Positions 41,360 to 49,640 of a stretch of 64,000 nucleotides of DNA are shown piece after piece. Positions within the stretch are counted from its first letter, which is position 1, and each line of letters opens with the position of its first letter. The translations under genes and the position numbers were made by a program. The notes beneath the pieces were generated by a model. The model worked only from the letters and a program-made list of their open reading frames with translations. It did not search any database and had not been told where the DNA came from. This DNA comes from Mycoavidus cysteinexigens (lineage in GTDB: Bacteria; Pseudomonadota; Gammaproteobacteria; Burkholderiales; Burkholderiaceae): NCBI GenBank assembly GCA_031963465.1, contig JASSUG010000003.1, forward strand, positions 117,982 to 181,981, in the 5' to 3' direction.

Positions 41360-41727
41360 GTAGTCTGTTGTACCTGCGACCTGGACAATATCTGTTTGAT
41401 TAGCCCCTACGGCGTGACTAAATTTCTAGTATGAGAGTTGTGATTGTATCGTCAGAAAGTTTCGTGACTTGCTTGATAAAATCAAAGGCTAGTAAGCGCG
41501 AAATTAATCCCACCATTGACAGAATGGGTAGAAGCGCGGAGACCTAGGGTTTACGAAGTGTCAAACGACGCAACGCGGCCTTTAAATAGCGCACGGATTT
41601 TTTGTGCGATCTTATTCCCTATTGAGTTATATCCAGAATACCTGACAAAACTACTCCCCTCGCAATATTGGAAATACAGCGACTATGCTTTGGCTTATTG
41701 ATTGCATAATCTCGACCTAGTTCTAAA

Positions 41728-43359
41728 CTAAGCCAGCCTATGTATGTCTATATTCTTGTTCTGATCAAAATTACTCTTCTTAAGCCATCGGTGGGTAATA
41801 GCTAGCGCCGCTACCAGGCTTCCTAAAACTTGGCCAATAAATAACCACTCGGCTTTTTTATTAGCTTCTGAGGATAAATACGCGCCTGCGGATAATCCCA
41901 GCAGATTTCCGGCCGTGTCGAGTATTGAAGCAAATAAGGTATCTTGCATACTCAGTAAGTTGCTAGTGCTGATATTTTTAAGTGTGTCGATAATGAGACC
42001 CACGCTATTAATAAATAAAAGCGTTTGCGCTAATGGCAGGGTTTCTTTGGGAATATCTTGTGAGGTATCGAGAAAAATTTCTGAGATTTGTTTGGAGAAA
42101 CCTGTAAATAACAGGAAAGCGCAGCATGCAGCAGACAAGCCTATGATCAGGCCTGCGTTGCCAAAGCGTCTGACGTTTTGCTGCAGGTGCTCGGTGAGTG
42201 TTGCCCCTTCACGATTTTCTACCGCGGCTTTTAATTCCCCCATCGCATTGGCAATCTCTACGCTTGTGGCTAATACCAAGCCCACGAGCATAGTATCAAC
42301 TGCCGATAAAGGTGTAGACGAAACCTCTTGCGCAATAGATACCTCTTTACCAAGGTTGCCAGCTAACAACGACAGAATGACTGCATGGGCTGAGACAAAT
42401 ACATTACTTAAGCCAATTGGCAGGCCAACTTTGAAAAGCGTTGAAATATCTTTGAAGTTTGGAAGATGCCAATCAAATAACTTAAATTCATCGTATTGCT
42501 CGCTAAATTTATAGTAAAGCCTCAATCCTATAGAACTTAGCGAAATGGCCAATGCATCCCCATAACCTAAACCTGCAACGCCTAAACGGGGAAAACCAAA
42601 AGCGCCGAGTGTTAGTGTGTAACCCAAAAATGAAGACAGAGCGGCATTTACCGTACCCACAATCAAAACAATTTCAGGCTGTTTGTTACCTCTTGCAAAG
42701 AATAGATCGCTCGCCAGCAAAAACGATGGCATAACGCTGTAACTTGCGGCATCACAATATTTTTGGGCGGCCTGCGAGACTTCTTCGGATATACCCAAAG
42801 TACTTAAAGAGGCGGAAACATTACGTAGCAATAGGATCGTAGGTAAGCTTAAGGCACCGCTAACCCACCAGCTTTGGGCAACAATTTCGCCGATTCTGGC
42901 TTTTTCTTGAGCACCATTTAATTCCCCTACAAACACACAAGTAGGAGTTAATATTCCTTGCACCAAGCCTTTGATTTGACCAGCGGATGCCACGGCTAAA
43001 GGGATGGCCGCCATTTCATTTTGGCTTAAGTGGCGTATCGCGATGCCACTAACGATCCCATGTAATACTGTGCCTAAACTAGACAGGCTCAAAGATACAG
43101 AGGGTTTGAATAGCTGATTGATAGCTGCACGGTAAGTGATAGACTCTGTTGGGTTAGGAGAACTTATCAAATTTGCAGTTTCTGATTCGATGGAAGCTAA
43201 TGTTTCTTCTGCGCTTATCTCTTCTTCTGCTATGCCTCTAGGCGCGCTGGTTACCCGAGGCTGCGTATAACTACTCGTGGGGGAGAGCGGAAGCTCTTCA
43301 CTATTTGAAGATAAGACTCGATATCTGGCAGATCCGGGAGAAGAGAGAGGCGAGATCAT
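41728..43359 (-). CDS. MATE-like polytopic membrane transporter with a roughly 85-aa Ser/Pro/Glu-rich N-terminal extension
   Basis: 543 aa. About 12 hydrophobic segments arranged as two halves, similar to MATE/MviN-type exporters. By eye G+C is clearly below the flanks. The family call is tentative. Confidence 0.55.
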   Translation of the reverse strand: MISPLSSPGSARYRVLSSNSEELPLSPTSSYTQPRVTSAPRGIAEEEISAEETLASIESETANLISSPNPTESITYRAAINQLFKPSVSLSLSSLGTVLHGIVSGIAIRHLSQNEMAAIPLAVASAGQIKGLVQGILTPTCVFVGELNGAQEKARIGEIVAQSWWVSGALSLPTILLLRNVSASLSTLGISEEVSQAAQKYCDAASYSVMPSFLLASDLFFARGNKQPEIVLIVGTVNAALSSFLGYTLTLGAFGFPRLGVAGLGYGDALAISLSSIGLRLYYKFSEQYDEFKLFDWHLPNFKDISTLFKVGLPIGLSNVFVSAHAVILSLLAGNLGKEVSIAQEVSSTPLSAVDTMLVGLVLATSVEIANAMGELKAAVENREGATLTEHLQQNVRRFGNAGLIIGLSAACCAFLLFTGFSKQISEIFLDTSQDIPKETLPLAQTLLFINSVGLIIDTLKNISTSNLLSMQDTLFASILDTAGNLLGLSAGAYLSSEANKKAEWLFIGQVLGSLVAALAITHRWLKKSNFDQNKNIDIHRLA

Positions 43360-43477
43360 TTATATTCCTTTGATAAACAGGTTTAGTCAGTTTATAAATT
43401 CAAAAGCAGAAACAAAATTTTCAGAAATGCCAGCTTTTTGCCAGCATTTCATCCCACAGCCTTATAAATATAAGCTC

Positions 43478-43510
43478 GGACGCGGATTCAATTCCCGCCG
43501 GCCCTCACCA
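43478..43510 (+). other. tmRNA (ssrA) 3'-end fragment: T-arm plus acceptor strand only; probable genomic-island att scar
   Basis: GGACGCGGATTCAATTCCCGCCGGCCCTCACCA versus the remembered E. coli ssrA end GGACGCGGGTTCAACTCCCGCCAGCTCCACCA. No tmRNA body lies upstream, where a CDS sits on the other strand. Confidence 0.6.
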
Positions 43511-43574
43511 TAAAATCCTTTAAAATCAATGGATTACGTTTTTTGAGATATCGTTTTTACGCCTGATTATCCCC

Positions 43575-43780
43575 CATTTCTAATTCAAATGCACTCTCAA
43601 TTGCCCAGCGCTGACCAGTAGTCTAGACGATGTCTTGCAAGGAGGCTGCATGAGGATAAGCAATCTCATGGGGTTTACGCACGCTACGACGTGAGCGACT
43701 CTGCCGTATTGATGACGGGCCTTATGGTCCAATCGTACAGGTGTGGCCTTTTGTGCCAAAGCTTGATTAAAAAAACTCAA
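43575..43780 (-). pseudogene. decayed DDE-transposase C-terminal remnant
   Basis: A minus-strand frame patchwork gives HEIAYPHAASLQDIV*TTGQRWAIESAFELEMG, which carries the Y..RW.IE..F motif of IS4/IS5/IS701-type transposases and is broken by stops. Confidence 0.4.
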
Positions 43781-43788
43781 AAAATTTC

Positions 43789-43816
43789 TTGCATAATTTT
43801 TCTCATCGTTTATAGT
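43789..43816 (+). promoter_or_regulatory. sigma70-like promoter candidate for the lasso-peptide operon
   Basis: TTGCAT (43789-43794), 16-nt spacer, TATAGT (43811-43816), about 125 nt upstream of the first precursor gene. Confidence 0.45.
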
Positions 43817-43941
43817 TTGAATACACGTGATGGAATTTAGAGGAAACCTTCGTTTTTGAGGATTCTATCCGTGTGCAGCAGATGTCATCCGCCTGCAGTA
43901 TGGGGCGGTTTATTTTTCATTATCAGAATGAGGAAGGAATC

Positions 43942-44076
43942 ATGACCAATAGCAAAAAAATCAACACACAAGATACCCAAGTGCAAGACGAAGCTCTGAC
44001 TGAGTTTTGTGCTTCCGAATCGACAATGGGTGGCTCAGGTCAATATAGAGAAGCTGGCGTTGGTCGGTTCCTATAA
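43942..44076 (+). CDS. lasso peptide precursor A1 (44 aa)
   Basis: GAGGAAGG RBS at 43930-43937. MTNSKKINTQDTQVQDEALTEFCASESTM / GGSGQYREAGVGRFL. Thr at -2, Gly1 and Glu8 are as expected for a class II lasso core. Confidence 0.8.
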   Translation: MTNSKKINTQDTQVQDEALTEFCASESTMGGSGQYREAGVGRFL

Positions 44077-44104
44077 GGATCGACTGATCGTCGCCTAAAG
44101 AATG

Positions 44105-44144
44105 CCAGGTGAGTATTTTAGAAGCAGATAAATGGCTTGCCTGG
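44105..44144 (+). terminator. stem-loop 29 nt after A1 (candidate attenuating hairpin)
   Basis: ccaggtgag pairs with cttgcctgg (9 bp including two G-U pairs). Homologous in position and sequence to the hairpin after A2. Confidence 0.4.
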
Positions 44145-44176
44145 TATCCTTTCAATGAAATAATGAGGAGAAAACC

Positions 44177-44311
44177 ATGATTAAGACTCAAGAACTCAAT
44201 CCACAAGCTATCCAATTAGACGATGAAGCGCTCACGCAATTTTGTGCTTCTGAAGCAACCATGGGTGGCTCAGGAAAATATAAAGAAGCGGGCATTGGCC
44301 GCTTCCTATAA
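44177..44311 (+). CDS. lasso peptide precursor A2 (44 aa, not in ORF track)
   Basis: GAGGAG RBS at 44165-44170. MIKTQELNPQAIQLDDEALTQFCASEATM / GGSGKYKEAGIGRFL. Confidence 0.8.
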   Translation: MIKTQELNPQAIQLDDEALTQFCASEATMGGSGKYKEAGIGRFL

Positions 44312-44341
44312 GAGTCATCGGCTTTTATAAACTTAAGGGGG

Positions 44342-44389
44342 ACGCCAGACAAGGCACTTAAGAGCAGATCAATAGCTTGTGTCTGGCGT
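44342..44389 (+). terminator. stem-loop 31 nt after A2 (10-bp perfect stem, then TTT); candidate partial terminator before the processing genes
   Basis: acgccagaca (44342-44351) pairs with tgtctggcgt (44380-44389), followed by tttg. Confidence 0.5.
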
Positions 44390-44421
44390 TTTGCGAAGAC
44401 CATTACATAAAAAAGAATAAG

Positions 44422-45234
44422 ATGCCTCATCATTTGATGCCCAATATTTTCGGGGCTTGCTTTTCAGGGCAAATTATTGTGCTCGACGTGATTCGTGACC
44501 GGTACGTCGTTTTATCTCATGGGCAGTCAGCCGCAGTCGCTCCTTATCTCGGTCTTGATTCGGCTTCTTTTGAAGCGAATGTTGCCCCCAATGCCAGCAT
44601 TTTGCAAAAATTAATCGATGCCCATTTAGTCACAGCACAAACGTTTTCGGCAGTCGATGCCAAATTAAATTCGCTCAGTCCTTCGCCTCAAACAGGTGGC
44701 ATGTCCGCTAACGGCTGGAAGCTGGCGGATAATGCTTTTGAGCATAGGCCTGCTTGGCGCTGGATCATCAGAGCGGTGCTTGACCTGAGAGCGGTACATA
44801 AGCGCGCTACCAAGCAGGGGCTCACTGGAATCTTGCAACTGTGCTCTCAAGCGATTGAGCAAAATGAACTGCATTTTGGTCAAACAGAAGAATACACACC
44901 TTTTGTGAATGCACTCAATTGGGCGTGTTTATTCTATCCAAAACCCACTAAATGCCTGGAGTGGTCTGCTGCGCTAACGCTCGTGTGTGCACGTGCGGGC
45001 CTGGCATCAAAGCTGTTGATTGGGGTGCAATCTTTCCCATTTTATGCGCATGCGTGGTCGGAAACCGACCATACGATCATTGGTGACAGTGCTCTGAGAA
45101 GAGAAGAGCTGTCCGTCATTCTTGAATTTCCAACACCGCTTTTGGAACTACCTTATGACCGTTCTCGGCATCGTTTATCCCCCAACACAGGAATTTTTAA
45201 CGCCAAACCGGGACTGGGTCTTAACTCAAGATAA
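44422..45234 (+). CDS. lasso peptide maturation protein B (fused leader-recognition element + transglutaminase-like cysteine protease)
   Basis: N-terminal PqqD-like GQIIVLDVIRDRYVVLS. C-terminal KCLEWSAAL...FYAHAWSE...IIGD gives a Cys-32-His-12-Asp spacing, the same as I recall for McjB. ATG at 44422 preferred. Confidence 0.85.
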   Translation: MPHHLMPNIFGACFSGQIIVLDVIRDRYVVLSHGQSAAVAPYLGLDSASFEANVAPNASILQKLIDAHLVTAQTFSAVDAKLNSLSPSPQTGGMSANGWKLADNAFEHRPAWRWIIRAVLDLRAVHKRATKQGLTGILQLCSQAIEQNELHFGQTEEYTPFVNALNWACLFYPKPTKCLEWSAALTLVCARAGLASKLLIGVQSFPFYAHAWSETDHTIIGDSALRREELSVILEFPTPLLELPYDRSRHRLSPNTGIFNAKPGLGLNSR

Positions 45235-46900
45235 AACCGGCCAAATAGCCGGTGCGTTATGGCAGGAGGCAGACGAACGCCATCCTACATGCACTCTGTA
45301 TCGTGAGAGCGAAGCATATTTCTATGGCTTTTATGGGCAAGCTTTTTCAAAGCAAGACAATACTGAAATTAATGAAAATGACTTGCGTGAGATTGCCTTA
45401 AAAGGTCCGTCTTTGTTAACCGCTAAATTTTGGGGGCGGTATTTATTTGTCTGCTTTGATAAGGTAGCCAAGAAATTCATTTGCTGTTGCGATCCGAGTA
45501 ATCGGTGGGCAATCTATTGGGCATGGTCTGAGCGCCACGGGCTGTGGTTTTCAGACAGCATTACCTGCTTGCATCAGACGCTCAAGGAGAGAGGCGAGCG
45601 CCCGGGATGGAATACCTCGTTTTTTACCACTTGGCTGCGAACCGGCTCAGTGCAAAGTGGCGAGTTGCCATTTGAGGGTATTTCGGAGTTGCCACCAGGA
45701 TGCGCTATTTTCTATACGTACGGGCATCAGCCAGACATGTTGCCAGTTTGGAATCCGCTGACGAGCGCGACAGATGGCTTAACTTCTCAAAATCCATATG
45801 AGATTTTGAAAAACTATCTGAGCTTGCAGATGCCAAACGATGAACGGCCGGTATTAGAACTTTCAGGCGGTTTGGAGTCGAGTTCCGTTTTACTGGCATT
45901 GCGCGCAGTAGCGCCTAAGCAGCAGATTGCTTGCGCCCATTATTACAATTCGGCGGTGGGCTCGTCTAATGAGCTTGAGCATGCCCGTCGCGTTGCCCAA
46001 AGCGCGGGTGCTCAGCTCGGTGAAATCGACACTGACGTTTTGTCGTTTGCGCCGGTCAAAGACCTGCCGCGTGTTGCCAAGCCGCATATCCGTTATTGCT
46101 TGCTGGCCTTTAATCAGCATTTTGCGAGCCGACTCGAACAGCGTGAAAACAGTGTGTTGATTAGCGGACATGGTGGGGATTCGCTCTTTCTAGCGCCGCC
46201 GCCTTTTGGCGTGCTGGCCGATGCCATGCTCACGTTGCGCTGGCGACAGCTGTTTCGGATTGCGATGGATTTGGCATTGATCCGTAGAACATCGCTCGCT
46301 CACATTGCGTGGCAGGCCATCAAGTCGTCACTGGCGGCAGACCCCTCTGAGGGCGTGAATGGCACATTTGGCTTAATGTCTGATGCGGCCCAATTACCCT
46401 CCCTGGATGGCCGCTCTCATTTGCATCCGTTTATGCAAAAAAACAAGACTCGTTTGCCTGGTAAGCTATACCAATTATGCCTCGCCTATTTATCGCTCGA
46501 TGATGTAAGAACGCCGGCGTATCCATTCAAAAAGGGTACGCATTATCCATTTCTTTGTCAGCCAATGGTCGAATATGCGCTGTCGATACCCAGCTATCGT
46601 CATTTTGATGGTCCGCATAATCGAATTATCGTTAGGCAATCTGTCTCCGAGGCCACCGGCTATGCGCATCTTTGGCGCCGCAACAAAGGCGAAACCTCCG
46701 GTATCGATTTGCTTGGCATACGCCAACATAAGGATCATGTGATGGCGCACTGCCTTGAAGGTTTTCTCGCCAAAGAAGGGTATATCGATCCGATTAAAAC
46801 CCGTACTGCAATCCAGGAAAGTTGCAAAGGCCGTAGCGAATATTTTATGGATATTCTTCATCTTTATGCTGCAGAACTCTTTATTCAGGGATGGCAATAG
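45155..46900 (+). CDS. lasso cyclase C (asparagine-synthetase-like, ATP-dependent lactam synthetase)
   Basis: PP-loop LSGGLESSSVLLAL and AsnB-like layout. Start at the ATG at 45155 (MTVLGIVYPP) is assumed, giving an 80-nt overlap with B. Confidence 0.85.
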   Translation: MTVLGIVYPPTQEFLTPNRDWVLTQDKTGQIAGALWQEADERHPTCTLYRESEAYFYGFYGQAFSKQDNTEINENDLREIALKGPSLLTAKFWGRYLFVCFDKVAKKFICCCDPSNRWAIYWAWSERHGLWFSDSITCLHQTLKERGERPGWNTSFFTTWLRTGSVQSGELPFEGISELPPGCAIFYTYGHQPDMLPVWNPLTSATDGLTSQNPYEILKNYLSLQMPNDERPVLELSGGLESSSVLLALRAVAPKQQIACAHYYNSAVGSSNELEHARRVAQSAGAQLGEIDTDVLSFAPVKDLPRVAKPHIRYCLLAFNQHFASRLEQRENSVLISGHGGDSLFLAPPPFGVLADAMLTLRWRQLFRIAMDLALIRRTSLAHIAWQAIKSSLAADPSEGVNGTFGLMSDAAQLPSLDGRSHLHPFMQKNKTRLPGKLYQLCLAYLSLDDVRTPAYPFKKGTHYPFLCQPMVEYALSIPSYRHFDGPHNRIIVRQSVSEATGYAHLWRRNKGETSGIDLLGIRQHKDHVMAHCLEGFLAKEGYIDPIKTRTAIQESCKGRSEYFMDILHLYAAELFIQGWQ

Positions 46901-46903
46901 CCA

Positions 46904-48700
46904 ATGAAATCACTCAACATGCCTAAAGCCTTCAAGGCGCTTCGTTTTCTATTTAGCTGCTTATGGACGCATGAGCGATATGCCCGCTGGCAAGTGCTAG
47001 CAGCTACTGGATGTACCGGATTTTCAATTGGTCTGGCGGTGGTGACGCCAGTGCTGCTTAAATTGCTGATTGATGATTTTTCTAATTTATCGACTTCATC
47101 CATTACCGCTTATATGCTATGCGTGGCGTATGGCTGTGCGTGGTTCTTTTCACAGGCGTTGCGGCGCGGCGAGCAGTATCTGGTGACGGCCATTAATGAG
47201 CGCATCAAACGCTCGATTACGGTCAATTATGTTAGCCAAGTCCTGAACCGTCCCGCTACTGCGCTGAGTGAGCACCAAAGCGGTGCTTCGGCGAGCGAGG
47301 TAAGCCGCGCACAAGACAGCGTGATGCGTGCGCTGATTGGGATTTTTTGGCATATTGCGCCACTGTGCATTGAAATTTGTCTAGCGTGCACCGTCGTGTT
47401 TATGATGTTTGGCGCGCTTTATGCTTTTGTCTTACTCGGATTTTTATCGGCTTATCTGTATTCCACTACCTTGACAGTTTCCCACTACACGGGCTTACAG
47501 CGTCAGAAAAATCTAGCCTCGGACCGTGCTTCAACGGTGCTGATTGATACCCTCACGCATGCCGATACGGTCAAAGCTTTTTCAAATGAAGCGGGCGAAT
47601 TGAGGCAGCTCGACCGAGTTTACAAGGCGCGAGAACAAGCGAGTGTCGAGCTTGCCCGCAAAATGGAAATCTTCGGCGTACTGCAGTTACTGATTGTTGG
47701 CATTGGGCTCGCTACGCTGACAAGTCTGGCGTGCCGAGATATCTTTGCGCACCGGCTTACCGTGGGCGATTTCGCGCTGTTAAATGGTTATCTTTTGCAA
47801 TTCACCCTGCCATTGAGTTCTTTTGGTTATGCCATCCGTGAAGCACGGCTTGGTTTGTTCAATCTCGAAGAACTGCTGGATAAATTGGAGACCCGCTGGG
47901 AGTTCAAGTCTGCTAGTGATGCGTTGTTTGAGCGCGCGCCATCGATTCAATTTAAGCATGCGAGTTTTAGCCATGCCCCGGATAAATACGTTTTGCGAGA
48001 TGCGAGCTTTACCGTTCCAGCTGGTGCCTTTTGTGCGATTGTCGGCCCGACGGGCGCTGGCAAGTCGACCTTGATGAAGTTGTTATTGCGTTTGTATTCA
48101 TTGGATAGCGGAGCGATTTTGATTGATGGTCGACCGATCGAATCGTTTGCTGAGCACAAGTTGCGTCAGTCGGTCAGTTATGCCACTCAGGACGCGCATT
48201 TGCTAGACCGATCGCTACGCGAAAACATCAGTTTTGCTTGTCCGCATGCATCAGACGCAGAACTTGAGCGGGCCATCGGTACCGCGGCGCTTACGCCAGT
48301 GATTGCGGCGGCACATGCTGGGCTCGAAACTCAAATCGGTGAGCGTGGCAATAAACTTTCAGGGGGGGAGCGGCAGCGTGTCACGCTGGCCCGCGCACTT
48401 CTGAGGCAAAGTCATTTACTCCTTTTAGACGAGCCAACAGCCGCACTCGATGGGCAAACTGAAGCGACGATTTTTAAGCATTTGCATGAACGGTATCGGC
48501 AAACCACCCGGCTGATCATCGCTCACCGGCTATCAGCCATTCAACACGCGGATTTGATCCTAGTGTTAAAAGATGGCGCGATTGCTGAGCAAGGCACTCA
48601 TGGTAGTTTGTTGGCGAAAAATGGCATCTATGCGAGCCTTTGGTATAAGCAGGTTGGGTCACCGATGCTTGAACAGTGCCAAGTCAGCGCCGTGTTTTGA
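46904..48700 (+). CDS. McjD-like ABC exporter (fused permease-ATPase) for export/self-immunity
   Basis: 598 aa with six N-terminal TM segments. Walker A GPTGAGKST, signature LSGGERQR, Walker B LLLLDEPT, H-loop IIAHRL. Confidence 0.85.
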   Translation: MKSLNMPKAFKALRFLFSCLWTHERYARWQVLAATGCTGFSIGLAVVTPVLLKLLIDDFSNLSTSSITAYMLCVAYGCAWFFSQALRRGEQYLVTAINERIKRSITVNYVSQVLNRPATALSEHQSGASASEVSRAQDSVMRALIGIFWHIAPLCIEICLACTVVFMMFGALYAFVLLGFLSAYLYSTTLTVSHYTGLQRQKNLASDRASTVLIDTLTHADTVKAFSNEAGELRQLDRVYKAREQASVELARKMEIFGVLQLLIVGIGLATLTSLACRDIFAHRLTVGDFALLNGYLLQFTLPLSSFGYAIREARLGLFNLEELLDKLETRWEFKSASDALFERAPSIQFKHASFSHAPDKYVLRDASFTVPAGAFCAIVGPTGAGKSTLMKLLLRLYSLDSGAILIDGRPIESFAEHKLRQSVSYATQDAHLLDRSLRENISFACPHASDAELERAIGTAALTPVIAAAHAGLETQIGERGNKLSGGERQRVTLARALLRQSHLLLLDEPTAALDGQTEATIFKHLHERYRQTTRLIIAHRLSAIQHADLILVLKDGAIAEQGTHGSLLAKNGIYASLWYKQVGSPMLEQCQVSAVF

Positions 48701-48946
48701 AGTGGCCGGTAGTGGCGGCGTAGCTTGGCAGGATCCAAGCATTTAGTGCAATCATGCGATTGTTTTATAGCGTGGACCTTTGTTTTAGAGCTTGGATCTG
48801 GATTAAGCTAAGCCGCAATCAGCCGGCGCTGGCGCCGGCAGCGAGGCGCCACATTCAGCGCTAGGCCGGCGAATGTATAGCGGCTTCCACCAAGCGGCTT
48901 CAATCAAGTAAAATAGTCGCTTTTACTTCTCTTCTCAGCACATCGA

Positions 48947-49516
48947 ATGACAATTAAATCCGATAAATGGATTCGGCGTATGGCCGAAACGCATAAGATG
49001 ATCGAGCCGTTTTCAGCGAACCAAGTTCGTCTCGGCGAAGATGGCCGAAAGATTGTCAGCTATGGCACCTCAAGCTATGGCTACGATATTCGGTGTGCGG
49101 ACGAATTTAAAATTTTCACCAATATTAATTCAACGATCGTCGATCCGAAAAATTTTGATGAAAAATCGTTTGTTGATTTTAAGGGCGAGGTGTGTATTAT
49201 TCCGCCCAATTCGTTTGCGCTGGCGCGTACGGTTGAGTATTTTCGGATTCCGCGCAGTGTCTTGACGGTGTGCCTAGGAAAATCGACCTATGCGCGCTGT
49301 GGCATTATCGTTAATGTGACGCCGTTTGAGCCAGAATGGGAAGGTTTTGTGACGCTGGAATTTTCGAATACGACACCGCTGCCCGCCAAGATTTACGCTA
49401 ATGAAGGCGTGGCGCAGGTATTATTTTTTGAGAGCGACGAGGTATGTGAGGTCTCATATCGTGATCGTGACGGAAAATATCAGGGGCAAAGCGGCGTGAC
49501 TTTGCCCAAAGCTTAA
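48947..49516 (+). CDS. dcd: dCTP deaminase
   Basis: 189 aa. [16 protein letters not shown] and EFSNTTPLP motifs. Confidence 0.93.
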   Translation: MTIKSDKWIRRMAETHKMIEPFSANQVRLGEDGRKIVSYGTSSYGYDIRCADEFKIFTNINSTIVDPKNFDEKSFVDFKGEVCIIPPNSFALARTVEYFRIPRSVLTVCLGKSTYARCGIIVNVTPFEPEWEGFVTLEFSNTTPLPAKIYANEGVAQVLFFESDEVCEVSYRDRDGKYQGQSGVTLPKA

Positions 49517-49640
49517 GCCCTTAATGTGCGGCTTTGGCCGCTGAAGTTTGAGTAAAACGCTGCGTGCTTGTGATCTTGGGCAGACATACCCGGTAGCCAC
49601 GCTTTGAAATTCTCTCCCCCGTCTTTGAGAAACCTCTTTA

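Noticed and set aside
41516-41701. The 61-aa ORF and the 368-nt gap after the SodC-like gene contain strings reminiscent of a tmRNA. GATTCGACGG is at 41348. TCAAACGACGCAAC at 41561 resembles the tag start GCAAACGACG. GACTATGCTTTGGCTTATTGA at 41681 resembles ...AACTACGCTTTAGCAGCTTAA. This suggested a degraded ssrA body matching the 3' fragment at 43478.
   Set aside because: The first string is the conserved CGVI codons of the SOD-like gene. The other two are 110 nt apart rather than contiguous. There is no GGGG acceptor start or G/C-rich helices, and the region is AT-rich. Single 9-10-mers are expected by chance in 128 kb of two-strand sequence. It should still be settled with ARAGORN or Infernal.
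43873-44076. 67-aa version of precursor A1 starting at 43873, as listed in the ORF track.
   Set aside because: The internal ATG at 43942 has a strong GAGGAAGG RBS and gives a 44-aa product collinear with the paralogue A2. The upstream extension has no counterpart in A2.
48883-48895. GCGGCTTCCACCA just before dcd, considered as the second att copy of the ssrA-end scar, which would delimit the lasso island.
   Set aside because: Only the last few bases match the 43478 fragment (about 9 of 13 when right-aligned), and there is no T-arm. This is too weak without a genome-wide comparison.
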